Shown here in pieces: positions 39,365 to 48,897 of a stretch of 64,000 nt of DNA. The translations under genes and the position numbers were made by a program. The DNA lies in assembly GCA_963759165.1 (NCBI GenBank), contig CAVWXK010000001.1, positions 2,849,579 through 2,913,578 on the forward strand, in the 5' to 3' direction. The notes beneath the pieces were generated by a model that worked only from the letters and a program-made list of their open reading frames with translations, was not told the origin of the DNA and did not search any database. Numbering within the stretch: position 1 is the first letter of the stretch; every line of letters begins with the position of its first letter. Origin of the DNA: an uncultured Pseudomonadota bacterium. GTDB taxonomy: Bacteria > Desulfobacterota > Binatia > Binatales > Binataceae.

Positions 39365-42184
39365 TTACGCGCCGCGAGCGGCGGCAATCAGTTTTCGCTG
39401 AAACTCTTCGTATTGCTTGCGAAAGACCGTGTTGTGCGGGTCCAATTCCAGGGCACGTACGTATGCTTTCCCGGCCGCGAAGTACTGATACCTTCCTTCC
39501 TCCGCGCGGCCGAGGTTGTAAAAGACGTTGGCTGATCGCGGATTGAGATCCGCGGCTCTGCGAATAGTCAGAACCGCCCGATCGAAGTCGTTCTGCGCCA
39601 GGTACAGCAGCCCCAGACGGATTTCAGCCTCACCCGATGACGGCTTAAGCAGGAGCGCCCGATTGAGCGCGGCTTCGGCCGCTTTCACATCGCCGACCTT
39701 CCGCGCCGCTTCCGCCAAAGAAAGAGACAACACGAAAGGATCGGCACCGTTGTCGATTCCTTCCATGATGACGGCCTCCGCGGAACGCAGGTCTCTTCGC
39801 GGAGCGAAAATCGCGATGGCGAGATACTGGTACGGTTCCGGATCGTCAGGCGCGACCCGCGCTGCCCGGCGAAACAGCGCTTCTGCCTGATTCTCCTCTT
39901 GTCCTCGTAGATACGATTGCCCGGCTTCGAGCAGATACCGCGCTCGCGTCGCGATGTCGGGTTCTTCTGAGGCGGCATGCTCGTAGAGTTTGCCTAGATC
40001 GGAAAAGCGCGCGAGGCCCGCGTAGAACTTGCTCAGCCCGTCAATCGCGCCTCCGTAGCCGCAACGCCTGGCCTGGATCAAGCCTGCTTCGATGGCGTTC
40101 CGTTCATCCGGCGATAACCACGCGACCGACCTCTGATCGAGATAGGCGTGCGTACAAGTGGAGGGCGACAGAAATACCGAGGTAGTCAATTCCCGCAGTC
40201 CGTCCCGTTCCCGTCGCTCTCGAAGAAGTAAGCGCGCGTACGCGTCTCGGGCGAACGGATTGTTGGGATCGAGCCACAGCGCGATCCGAAGCTCGTCGCG
40301 ACGCGCCGCGTGCGCCGTCGCGTCGTCGATAAAGTTGATCAGCGACAGGTGCGCGAACGCGCACGCCGGATGCGATCGCACCAGGCTTTGAGCATCGGCG
40401 AGCGATTCCGGCTCCCTTGTATTGTACGAAAAAGGGACCTTTTCCTGCTTCAAAGCGATCACCGCAAGCGCAGTCGCGATCGCGGCCATACTGGCGGCGG
40501 CGAAACGCCCCCGTAGGAAATCTCCCGACGCGGAACGTTTCTGCCCCCCTTTCGCCGCCAGACGACCGCCCAGCGCCATGAACAAAGTGAACAGCAACGC
40601 GTTGGCCGGGATCTGCAGACTGAAATCGACTGACTCGTGCACGGCCATCGCGCCCACAGCCGAGACCAGGGCCGCCATAATCGGGAGCCGGTCAGGCGGC
40701 AGCGTTTTGATAACGCGACAGATTCGCAATCCGTGCTGAAAGCAGAGCCAGGTGAAAATCGCGAAGCCGACGACACCCACTTCAGCGACTAATTGCAAAT
40801 AATCGTTATGCGCCTGGACAAAGTAGCCTGATTGCCAGGGTGGTCTTCGATAATGGGCGAACAACTCCCGCCAGCATCCGAGGCCGACTCCCCAGAGCGG
40901 GAAATCGCGAATCATTCCCGTGGAGTCCTGCCAGACCGAAACCCTTTCAGTGAGACTCGTCTGGCTAACCAACGTTTCCTGAAGCCGGGCGTCGATTCTG
41001 GTTCTGCCCACGGAACCGACAAGAAACAGCGCGAGAGTCGCGACGGCGACAAAGCCGATCGTATAAACGGCCCGTGCTCGTGGCCTGATGGGCCGGGATA
41101 AAAGGGACGTTACCGTATGCGGCGAACTCCGCAGAATTCGCACAAGGATGAGAATCGCCACCGATGCGGCGAGCCAGCCGCCCCGGGAGAGACTGAGGAG
41201 CAACGCGGAACCGATAACGATCGCCGCGAGGCCACAAAAAACGCGAAGGTCCGCGGCACGATCGTCCGGCGCGATAAACGTCCGACAGAGCGCGCCAGCA
41301 GTCGCGAGCGGCAGGACCATCGTGAGATAGTTGGCGAGATGGTCGGGATTCACGAACGGCCCGCCCGCGTGCGGCATATCCACACGCGGCGTCCCCCAAT
41401 CATAGGGAACGAAGAACCATAGAATCTTTCCGTTCCACCACGCGTGCTGAATGAGAGCGATCGCCGCGACCACGAGTCCGCTCGCGATAACCGCGCACAT
41501 GACGGCGCGGCAGAATCTCCGCTCGGCGTCATCCTTTGGCGAGGGATCGAACGGATAGGCAAACACCATGAGAAAGAATCCGGCGTAAGCCAGCAACTTA
41601 AGCGCCGCCGTTCGCGTCAATGAAGGCGCGATCGCAAGCGGTCGCCAGCGCGCAGCGGCGATGCGCTTCAACGCGCTTTCGTTCACGTTCCGCTCCGCTC
41701 CGCCGTCGGTGTAAGCTTCTGCCTGGAATGGCACTGACGCTCCCCGCTTCACCTCATCAATCGTTGGAAGGAACGCCGGCAAACGCTTTCGGATACCCGC
41801 CGGCGTCCCAGGAGGCGACTGTTCCAACCCGATGCGCTCCGGCCATCCGGGCAGACTTCTGGCATACAGCCCGTAGGTTGAAGGAGAGAGCACTCGCAAA
41901 ACCGACGGCGGCAGCGGGATCAGCTGAAACAACACCACGGCGATGAACAGCACGAGCGGGCCCGATGCAGGCGGTCGCGCTTTCCAATCGCGGCACAACA
42001 TAAGTTTGACCATCCAGATGCCCACCAACAGAAAGATGGCGGCTTCGACGAGGCAGAACGCCCAGGGATGGACCGAGCCGAACGGCAACGGGGTCAACGC
42101 ACAGAGGCAAACGCCGCCCGCAACGACCGCGCGATCGCAACATCGCGATATCGCTTCGGCGTAATCGTGACGCTCGCGCGGCAT
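39365..42184 (-). CDS. O-antigen ligase-domain (Wzy_C) membrane protein fused to C-terminal TPR repeats
   Basis: 939-aa ORF. The N-terminal ~550 aa are polytopic with a Wzy_C-like region. The C-terminal ~350 aa are TPR-like repeats (…AYARLLLRE…, …LLKPSSGEAEIRLGLLYLAQNDFDRAV…, ANVFYNLGRAEE…). Confidence 0.75.
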   Translation of the reverse strand: MPRERHDYAEAISRCCDRAVVAGGVCLCALTPLPFGSVHPWAFCLVEAAIFLLVGIWMVKLMLCRDWKARPPASGPLVLFIAVVLFQLIPLPPSVLRVLSPSTYGLYARSLPGWPERIGLEQSPPGTPAGIRKRLPAFLPTIDEVKRGASVPFQAEAYTDGGAERNVNESALKRIAAARWRPLAIAPSLTRTAALKLLAYAGFFLMVFAYPFDPSPKDDAERRFCRAVMCAVIASGLVVAAIALIQHAWWNGKILWFFVPYDWGTPRVDMPHAGGPFVNPDHLANYLTMVLPLATAGALCRTFIAPDDRAADLRVFCGLAAIVIGSALLLSLSRGGWLAASVAILILVRILRSSPHTVTSLLSRPIRPRARAVYTIGFVAVATLALFLVGSVGRTRIDARLQETLVSQTSLTERVSVWQDSTGMIRDFPLWGVGLGCWRELFAHYRRPPWQSGYFVQAHNDYLQLVAEVGVVGFAIFTWLCFQHGLRICRVIKTLPPDRLPIMAALVSAVGAMAVHESVDFSLQIPANALLFTLFMALGGRLAAKGGQKRSASGDFLRGRFAAASMAAIATALAVIALKQEKVPFSYNTREPESLADAQSLVRSHPACAFAHLSLINFIDDATAHAARRDELRIALWLDPNNPFARDAYARLLLRERRERDGLRELTTSVFLSPSTCTHAYLDQRSVAWLSPDERNAIEAGLIQARRCGYGGAIDGLSKFYAGLARFSDLGKLYEHAASEEPDIATRARYLLEAGQSYLRGQEENQAEALFRRAARVAPDDPEPYQYLAIAIFAPRRDLRSAEAVIMEGIDNGADPFVLSLSLAEAARKVGDVKAAEAALNRALLLKPSSGEAEIRLGLLYLAQNDFDRAVLTIRRAADLNPRSANVFYNLGRAEEGRYQYFAAGKAYVRALELDPHNTVFRKQYEEFQRKLIAAARGA

Positions 42185-42244
42185 CAGTCGTGTTTCCGGT
42201 GTGAGAACATGGCTACGATGGCCGACAGGGTCGGCCTGGAAGTC

Positions 42245-44572
42245 TCAGGCTTGCTGTGCTTCAACGTCCAACGGGTGAGTGTCGCGATATCGGCCGTAGT
42301 AATAGCCGTAGTGATTATAACAGGCGAGGTCGGGGCTTCGGAGATCGACCTGGTTCAGCAGCACGCCGAAGATCTTCGCCCGGGCATGATCAAGGCGCGA
42401 ACAGGCCGCTTTGACCGCCTGTTTTGGAGTGCGATGGCCGTTAACAACCAACACCACGCCGTCAACCATCGTCGATACCAAAAGCGCGTCGCTCACCGGC
42501 ATCACCGGGCTGCAATCGATCAACACGTGATCGAAATGCTGGTTCAGGTAGGCGAGCGTTTCCCGCATCTGTCTGGATCCCAGCAGTTCGGTTGAGTTCG
42601 GCGGCCTCGATCCGGCGCTGATCAGGGAGAGGTTGTTCACACCGGTCGGTTGAATCACCTCTTCAATCCATCTTTGGCCGATGAGCACCTCCGTCAGGCC
42701 CGGATGACCGGCCAGACGCAGCAGCTTGTGACAACGAGGACGCCGCAAGTCGGCGTCGATCACGCACACTCTCACTCCAAGCCGCGCGAAGGCCACGGCG
42801 GCATTAAGCGTGGTGATGGTCTTGCCCTCGGAATCGGTCGCGCTTGTGAAGAGAATCGCCTTGGGCGGGCCGGCGGCACGGGAGAGAAGGATGGCGGTGC
42901 GGAGCGCGCGATACGCTTCGGTCGCCACCGGCGAACTATCTGTGAGCAGTATCGGCTGGTTGACGCGCCCGGCGTGCCCATTGGCTGTCGCGCGATCGCC
43001 GGACAGATTCCGCGCCACCGCAGACCCGTTGCTCGATGCCGCGAACCTGGGCACGATTCCCAGGCTTGGAAGCCTCAAGTAGCGTTCCACCTCTTCGGGA
43101 TTTTTGAGCGTGTTGTCGAAATACTCCAGCAGCAAGGCCACAACGATGCCGGCGCCAAGTCCTACAAGCAGGCTTACAAGGAGGCTTTGAGCCTTGCGCG
43201 GCGACGACGGATTCGGCGGCGGCTCGGCCCGGTCGATTATCGAGACATTGGAGACGCGCACCGCCGTGGACACGCCCATCTCCTTGATGCGCTGGAGCAC
43301 GCTGTCGTAGAGCTGCCGATTGGTATCGACTTCGCGCTCGAGAATCGCATACTCCGCGGAGGCATCCTTCAAGCCCAGGGCGAGCCGCTGCTGCTCCTTG
43401 AGCTTCTCATGAAATTCGTTTTCCTTGGTGGCGGCCGCAAGGTAAGCGGATTGAATCCCACCGACGACTCTTTCGACTTCGCGCGCGAGGCGATCGCGGT
43501 TCTCCTCGATCTGCGCTTCGAGCTGGACCAGCGGCGGGTAATTCGATTTGAACTGCCGCGACAGGCTGGCGTATTGGGTTTCGAGCTGGATTAAATTCTG
43601 TTTGAGACTTTGAATCAGCGTGCTGTTGACGACTTCCGGAATGTAGTCGTAGCTGCGCTCGCGAATGAGCTTGACTTCGGCCTGGAGCGCGATTCGGTCG
43701 GCCTCGGCGTCGGTCAATTCCTTGTTCAAATCGCTCAGCCGGTCGACCACGATATTTTCCCTGCCGCTGAGCGAGATGATGCCCTTGTCGCGGCGGTAAT
43801 TGTTCAAAGCGGCTTCCGACTTCTCGACCCGCTCCTTCAATTCCACCAGCTTCTCGTCCAGGAATCGCTGGGCTTCGCCGCTCGCGTCGGCGTAAAGGCC
43901 GAGCCCCTCGCGGATATAAGCCATGCCGTGGGCATTGGCGATGCGGGCCGCAAGCTGGGGGTCGGCGGCGCTGTACGCGATTTTTACCAGGCGAGTACCC
44001 TGAACCGGAGTCACATCGAGACGGCTCAAATAGGAGTCGATCGAGCCGGCTTCGACCTTCGCCGTCGCGCTCCCCGCAGGTCTCCCGCCCTCGTCGAACG
44101 CCGCCATCGCTCGCCGCATCGCGTCGGCGATTCCAGCCCAGACGCCCGCGATAAGTCCGCTTTCGCTTTTGGCTCCGGCGAAGGAGCCGTCAGCGTCGAG
44201 GCCCTCCCGCCGGATCACCGTGGCGGCGAGGCTTCGGCTTTTTAATATTCCATACTGGGTCCTGTAGTAGGCATCCGCTTCGTCGGTCTCGGTCAACAAG
44301 TCATTGATGGCGAGCACTTTCGGAAAGTTGCGCTCGACGAGAATCGTGCTCTGCGCGGTATAGATCGGAGTCATCGTAAATACTCGCAGCGTGGTAACGA
44401 CAACGACCGCGGCCGCGATGCCGGCAATCAGCGACAGATGCTTTCTTATCGCTCGCCAGTAACCCCACAGAGGAGGAGCCTCTTCCGCCACGCCATCGGA
44501 ACCGATGAGTTCGAGACCGTTGTCGAGCGAAGCCGCGTTGCGCCGGATAAAATAAATTGAGGGTTCTTGCAT
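42245..44572 (-). CDS. polysaccharide co-polymerase / tyrosine autokinase (Wzc/EpsB family)
   Basis: N-terminal TM plus GumC/Wzz periplasmic coiled-coil domain. C-terminal BY-kinase with Walker A (SATDSEGKTITTLNAA), VIDADLRRP, and a Tyr-rich tail (YNHYGYYYGRY). Confidence 0.85.
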   Translation of the reverse strand: MQEPSIYFIRRNAASLDNGLELIGSDGVAEEAPPLWGYWRAIRKHLSLIAGIAAAVVVVTTLRVFTMTPIYTAQSTILVERNFPKVLAINDLLTETDEADAYYRTQYGILKSRSLAATVIRREGLDADGSFAGAKSESGLIAGVWAGIADAMRRAMAAFDEGGRPAGSATAKVEAGSIDSYLSRLDVTPVQGTRLVKIAYSAADPQLAARIANAHGMAYIREGLGLYADASGEAQRFLDEKLVELKERVEKSEAALNNYRRDKGIISLSGRENIVVDRLSDLNKELTDAEADRIALQAEVKLIRERSYDYIPEVVNSTLIQSLKQNLIQLETQYASLSRQFKSNYPPLVQLEAQIEENRDRLAREVERVVGGIQSAYLAAATKENEFHEKLKEQQRLALGLKDASAEYAILEREVDTNRQLYDSVLQRIKEMGVSTAVRVSNVSIIDRAEPPPNPSSPRKAQSLLVSLLVGLGAGIVVALLLEYFDNTLKNPEEVERYLRLPSLGIVPRFAASSNGSAVARNLSGDRATANGHAGRVNQPILLTDSSPVATEAYRALRTAILLSRAAGPPKAILFTSATDSEGKTITTLNAAVAFARLGVRVCVIDADLRRPRCHKLLRLAGHPGLTEVLIGQRWIEEVIQPTGVNNLSLISAGSRPPNSTELLGSRQMRETLAYLNQHFDHVLIDCSPVMPVSDALLVSTMVDGVVLVVNGHRTPKQAVKAACSRLDHARAKIFGVLLNQVDLRSPDLACYNHYGYYYGRYRDTHPLDVEAQQA

Positions 44573-44586
44573 GATAGCGCGACCCC

Positions 44587-45765
44587 TTACGGCGCCATCG
44601 GAACGCCCGCGCCGATACCGAAGCGGTTGAATACCGTATAGAAGAAGTATGGGACTATGCTCAGAGTGGAGTAGGTGACGACGATTATGTCATCCTGCTG
44701 CACCTCGAGATCGGGCTTTTGCCGGTTGACGATCTCGTCCAGGTCGCTTTCCAGGATAATTTTCTCGCCGCTCTTGCCGCTGCGAATGATGGCCACTGAT
44801 TTGGTATTGGCGGCGAACAGCGTCCCACCCGCCGCGGCCACCGCGCCGAGCACGGTGAGACCGGGCGTTATCCGTATCGCGCCCGGATTGTGTACCCATC
44901 CCTCGACCATCACGCTGCCGCCGCCCGGAACCACGAGCACGTCGCCCGGCCGGACCGGCAGATTGAGGTAGTTCTCTCTCCCGTCGCCGCCGCGATCGAT
45001 ATCGCCCAACGGGATGACGATCGGCGCCAGGCTGCCTTGTCGATGGGGGGCGATTTCTCCGTCGCCGCCGCGGCGTGGTGCGGCGCGAACGACATCTTCG
45101 CCGCCGACACGCTCCTTGTAGTTCGCACGCAGGACGGCGCCGCTTGCGGCCGCGACTTCATTGGCCGGCTCGGCGGGAATCAGGACGATCCGTTCGGCGG
45201 CATCCTCCCGCAATCCTCCCGCGAGAGTGAGCATGTCGAGTATGGTGTCGGTACCGCCGGTCAGACTGAAGTGGCCGGGCCGGTCTACGGCGCCCAGGAC
45301 CGCAACCTGCCGGCTTCGATACTCTTTGACGAAGACCTCGACCTGCGGACTGTACATGTAATTTTTGAGCTGCCGGCCGAGTTCTTCTCTCACCCCGGCT
45401 TCGCTCAGTCCGACGACAGGCACGACCCCGATCAGCGGCAGCGCGATGGTATTGTCGCCCGAGACCCGCACCGTGCGGTCCCTGAGTTCCTCGATGGCCG
45501 GAACCGATATTTGCAGAACATCTCCGGGTCCGACCGGATAATCGGAAAAATGTGGACCGCGGGTGCGACCCCGCCAAAGCGCAGCGAGCCGCTGGCGCTC
45601 ATCGGCGTCCTGCGCTTCCCAACCGATTGCGGCGGGATCGGGTGTGTTCGCCGCAACGATTGGATTTGATTTCGCTTGCGGCCTTGCGGCCGGTCCCGAT
45701 AGCGCGCACCCGCCTGGAACCAGCGACAACGACAGGAATCCAATAAGAAAGAGGCTGCGTACCAT
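44587..45765 (-). CDS. polysaccharide export outer-membrane protein (Wza family; Poly_export plus SLBB domains)
   Basis: Lipoprotein signal MVRSLFLIGFLSLSLVPGGC. PGDVLQISV… motif and repeated SLBB-type segments. Confidence 0.8.
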   Translation of the reverse strand: MVRSLFLIGFLSLSLVPGGCALSGPAARPQAKSNPIVAANTPDPAAIGWEAQDADERQRLAALWRGRTRGPHFSDYPVGPGDVLQISVPAIEELRDRTVRVSGDNTIALPLIGVVPVVGLSEAGVREELGRQLKNYMYSPQVEVFVKEYRSRQVAVLGAVDRPGHFSLTGGTDTILDMLTLAGGLREDAAERIVLIPAEPANEVAAASGAVLRANYKERVGGEDVVRAAPRRGGDGEIAPHRQGSLAPIVIPLGDIDRGGDGRENYLNLPVRPGDVLVVPGGGSVMVEGWVHNPGAIRITPGLTVLGAVAAAGGTLFAANTKSVAIIRSGKSGEKIILESDLDEIVNRQKPDLEVQQDDIIVVTYSTLSIVPYFFYTVFNRFGIGAGVPMAP

Positions 45766-45784
45766 GGCTGCCGGCGATCCCACG

Positions 45785-46303
45785 TCACATCGAGGGGCTT
45801 GGCGGCGAGATGTAGCGCGGACCCGAACCGAAGCCGCCGCCTGCCGCGAAGCCGCTTACCGCTCCCGCGGCACCGACCCCATCCACGATGAGTCCGAACG
45901 CATCCGGAACGACCGACGCATGTCCGCCGGGAAGTCCTCCGGCGATGCCCGGTGCGCCAATCGCGGACGCCTCCGCTGTTCGCGACAGTCTCCAATTGAT
46001 CGTCATGCCCTCTTTACCCACGAAGGCCACTGCGGTCCCTGGCTGAAAGGGGGTCCCTGCAGGATCCAAAGCGAAGTCGTGGGTCGCCGGTTCGAGATTC
46101 GTGATGCGATAATCGCCCGCGGAGTTGGTGATCGCCTTGCCGGCAACCTTGCCGGTTGGGCTTAGCGCCGCGATCTCGATCCCTTTGACGCGATTCCCCT
46201 CCGGGTCCAGAGCCGTTCCGACGACGTCGGCGCCAAGCACCGCCGAAGCCGCGCTTGCCCAAAGGAGCGCCGCCAGGATGAGCGCAACCGATCGCCTAAC
46301 CAT
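45785..46303 (-). CDS. secreted protein with a carboxypeptidase-regulatory-like (CarboxypepD_reg) beta-sandwich domain
   Basis: Signal peptide MVRRSVALILAALLWASAASA. …GTALDPEGNRVKGIEIAALSPTGKVAGKAITNSAGDYRI… is typical of CarboxypepD_reg. Gly-rich tail. Confidence 0.5.
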   Translation of the reverse strand: MVRRSVALILAALLWASAASAVLGADVVGTALDPEGNRVKGIEIAALSPTGKVAGKAITNSAGDYRITNLEPATHDFALDPAGTPFQPGTAVAFVGKEGMTINWRLSRTAEASAIGAPGIAGGLPGGHASVVPDAFGLIVDGVGAAGAVSGFAAGGGFGSGPRYISPPSPSM

Positions 46304-46664
46304 CGCATCCCTCCTCGCCGGTTTAGCGGCACGCAAACAGGCGTCCGCCATCCCGCGCCAAGCGGATCCGGCCATCGGTGAACGACGCCCCCCTCCTTCG
46401 CCACCAAAGCCGGTCCAGGCAGACGAACCGCTTCGACCACAAGACCAAACCCAACAATGTTCCTAAGGGACCCCCCCTTTGGAGCGCGATAGCAAGCTAT
46501 CGCATATCCGCGCATACCAAAATTGTCAGCGCTGTGCAAGCGCAATCGCAACTCGCGATATTCGACCTCACGCCGCGAAGCTCATCAGAAGCTTAACGAA
46601 AGCGCGACGGCGGGCGCGTCACGCCGCGTCGCAACAATAATTATCGACAGCACGTCAAAGCGGA

Positions 46665-47384
46665 TTACTGGTATTTTCCGCGCAAAAATCGCCAACGCAT
46701 GACGATCAGATCCAGAAACATCCGTGCCGAGTCGCGCACGAAGCGCACTTTGGTGTCCGGATTGTTGTCCCAGCGCACCGGGACTTCGATGACTTTTCCG
46801 CCGCCGCGTGTGATGAGCAGAAGCAATTCGGGATCGAAACCAAAATCTTGAACCCGCTGAAGATCAAAGGCGCGGCACGTGGTGTCGTGCCGAAAGAGCT
46901 TGAACCCGCATTGCGTGTCGTGGATCTTGAGTCCGGTAAAAAGGCGCACGAGGACATTGAAAAAGCGACCGGCGAAGTCACGCAACAATGGCTGGCGAAC
47001 TCCGACTAGCTCCCGCCGCAGCGCTCGTGAGCCGATGGCGGCATCGGCGCCGGAGGATTCGAGCGCGGCCTGCAGCCGGTCAGCTTCTTCGATCGGCACC
47101 GAGAGATCGGCATCGCTCATGAGAATGAACCGGCCGCGCGCCTCTGTCGCTCCCTGTCGCACGGCGAAACCCTTGCCATGGTTGCGATCATTGTGCAGCA
47201 GGCGGACTTCGGGAAAAGCGGCCACAACCTCGAACGTGCCGTCGTTGGAGCCGTCGTCGACGACGATCACCTCTACTGAAAAGGACTTCGAGTTGCTGTA
47301 CCGCCGCAGCTTCTCGAGAGTGCTTTCGATTCGCAGCGCCTCGTTGTATGCCGGGATCACGATACTCAAGTAAGGTTCAACCAT
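46665..47384 (-). CDS. GT2 polyprenyl-phosphate glycosyltransferase (DPM1/GtrB/ArnC-like)
   Basis: LSIVIPAYNE… start, VIVVDDGSNDGT, SDADLS (DxD). 239 aa. Confidence 0.85.
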   Translation of the reverse strand: MVEPYLSIVIPAYNEALRIESTLEKLRRYSNSKSFSVEVIVVDDGSNDGTFEVVAAFPEVRLLHNDRNHGKGFAVRQGATEARGRFILMSDADLSVPIEEADRLQAALESSGADAAIGSRALRRELVGVRQPLLRDFAGRFFNVLVRLFTGLKIHDTQCGFKLFRHDTTCRAFDLQRVQDFGFDPELLLLITRGGGKVIEVPVRWDNNPDTKVRFVRDSARMFLDLIVMRWRFLRGKYQ

Positions 47385-47605
47385 GCGACGAAGCCATAAC
47401 CCATGACGACCAGTAGACGCGACGACGACCAGCGTTTGCTACGCGAGCTTCCCGGTCTTCTGCCGCTGACCGTCGCGCTCGCGTTCAATATCATACTGCT
47501 CGGGCCGGAGACCACGATCGAGCGCGTCACGGTTAACGGCGGCTGGCTCTGTTTTCAACCCGCCAGTTGCAATAATAACCAGCAACGATCGCGGGAGGAT
47601 CCGCA

Positions 47606-48271
47606 ATGAGCTTTTTTGCGGCAGAGTGCTGGGAATCGATCGCGCCGATATACGGCGCGATTCTGCGCCATCCGTTTATAAGAGGACTGGCCGACGGATC
47701 GCTCTCGCGCGAGAGCTTCAAGTTCTATGTCATCCAGGACGCGCTCTACCTGCGCGAATTCGCGCGGGCGCTCTCGATCGCGGCCGCGCGGGCGCCGCGC
47801 GATGAGTGGATCATCATGTTCAACGAACACGCGGCCGGCGCGCTCAAGGTCGAGCGCGTGCTTCACGAGACGTTCTTCAAGGAGTTCGGGCTCGCGCCGG
47901 AGCAGGTCGCTGCCACGCCGCTCGCACCGACCAATCTCGCCTACACGACTTATCTCCTGGCGGCCGCGTACGGCGCGCCGTTTCACGAGGCGATCGCGGC
48001 GCTGCTCCCCTGCTACTGGATTTACTGGGAGGTGGGAAAGGAACTGGAACGCTCCGGCTCGCCCGATGCGCTCTATGAGCGATGGATCGGAACCTACGCG
48101 TCAAAGGAATTCGGTGGCCTGGTAAGCGCGGTGATCGAGGCGACCAATCAGACCGCCGAGCGACTTCGCGATGAGGAACGCGAGGCGATGCGCCGGCGCT
48201 TCATCGCGACCAGCCGCTACGAGTGGATGTTCTGGGAGATGGGGCATCGGCGCGAGCAGTGGCCGGTCTAG
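47606..48271 (+). CDS. tenA: TenA/THI-4 family thiaminase II (aminopyrimidine aminohydrolase)
   Basis: 221-aa ORF with HPFIRGLADGSL, YVIQDALYL and CYWIYWEVGK motifs. GGGAGGA lies 7 nt upstream. Confidence 0.85.
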   Translation: MSFFAAECWESIAPIYGAILRHPFIRGLADGSLSRESFKFYVIQDALYLREFARALSIAAARAPRDEWIIMFNEHAAGALKVERVLHETFFKEFGLAPEQVAATPLAPTNLAYTTYLLAAAYGAPFHEAIAALLPCYWIYWEVGKELERSGSPDALYERWIGTYASKEFGGLVSAVIEATNQTAERLRDEEREAMRRRFIATSRYEWMFWEMGHRREQWPV

Positions 48272-48332
48272 CGGCGGCGCGCTTGTCCGGACGCTGAATG
48301 CTCTGCCAAGATAGGCGCAGGCCGCCAACGGT

Positions 48333-48370
48333 GCCGAGGTGGCGAAACGGCAGACGCAGAGGACCCAAAA
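48333..48370 (+). pseudogene. 5' portion of a split tRNA-Leu(CAA) gene (acceptor 5' strand, D arm, anticodon-stem 5' strand and anticodon loop only)
   Basis: GCCGAGG-UG-GCG-AAACGGCAGA-CGC-A-GAGGA-CCCAAAA. The complementary 3' strands (UCCUC…CCUCGGC-A-CCA) are found 10.9 kb downstream at 59301-59348. The following 85 nt (48371-48454) is non-tRNA sequence. Confidence 0.6.
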
Positions 48371-48454
48371 AGAAGACCGCCCGGAAGGCTACCGACCAAG
48401 CTGACATTACATTCGGCTGCCCTATGTGATAGAAAACTCTTGGTAACCAGCCGC

Positions 48455-48784
48455 GCGGGAGTGGCGGAACGGCAGACGCAGTGGACTCAGACCAAACTTG
48501 AGTGCTCGCCGGGAAACCGGCGATGCAGAACTGCTCAAATTCGGGGAAACCTGTGAAATGGCAATCCCGAGCCAAGCCTGGAGCAGCGCTCCGGGAAGGT
48601 GTAGAGACTAGACGGGCAGCACCTAACCCGCGAACCACGTTCGCGGTACGGTGAAGGGATAGTCCAGACCCCAAACCTCAACGGGACGCCCTTGGCGCTT
48701 CCAGCGAGGACGGCGAAAGCCGTAGAGGCAAGAAAATCCACCGAGCTCACGCTCGTGAGGGTTCAAGTCCCTCCTCCCGCACCA
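48455..48784 (+). tRNA. tRNA-Leu(CAA) interrupted by a 244-nt group I intron after C34; 3' CCA encoded
   Basis: Exon 1 (48455-48488) GCGGGAG-UG-GCGG-AACGGCAGA-CGC-A-GUGGA-CUC. Exon 2 (48733-48784) AAAA-UCCAC-CGAGCUCACGCUCGU-GAGGG-UUCAAGU-CCCUC-CUCCCGC-A-CCA. All stems pair perfectly. The long variable arm, A73 and anticodon C-A-A indicate a class-II Leu tRNA. The 3' exon is very similar to plastid/cyanobacterial trnL 3' exons. Confidence 0.85.
48489..48732 (+). ncRNA. group I intron (cyanobacterial/plastid tRNA-Leu type, IC3-like), no ORF
   Basis: It contains …CAAUCCCGAGCCAAGCC… and …GGAAGGUGUAGAGACUAGACGGGCAGCACCUAACC…. These match, nearly base for base, the P3-P4 and P7/P3'/P8 core strings I recall from the Anabaena/plastid tRNA-Leu(UAA) intron. 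P1 is formed by exon ACUC and intron AG pairing with CUUGAGU. Terminal G at 48732. Confidence 0.8.
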
Positions 48785-48897
48785 CTCTTCCTCACTGTCT
48801 CTTGAGCCGGGAAACCACGAGGCGCCATGTTTCCGCCGTGGCGACAGGGGATCACAGGCTCTGCGATAAATTGGCTGGGTTTTCGGGTTGCAGCCTC

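Noticed and set aside
48371-48454. The 85 nt between the tRNA 5' fragment and the intact tRNA-Leu looked like a degenerate 5' part of a second group I intron (weak matches to GACCAAAC, GCCGGGAAACCGGC and the CCAAGCC region)
   Set aside because: Similarity is patchy and there is no catalytic core. The matching 3' tRNA fragment has an intron-less anticodon loop. I therefore treat this stretch as element arm sequence. A decayed intron remnant is the less likely alternative.
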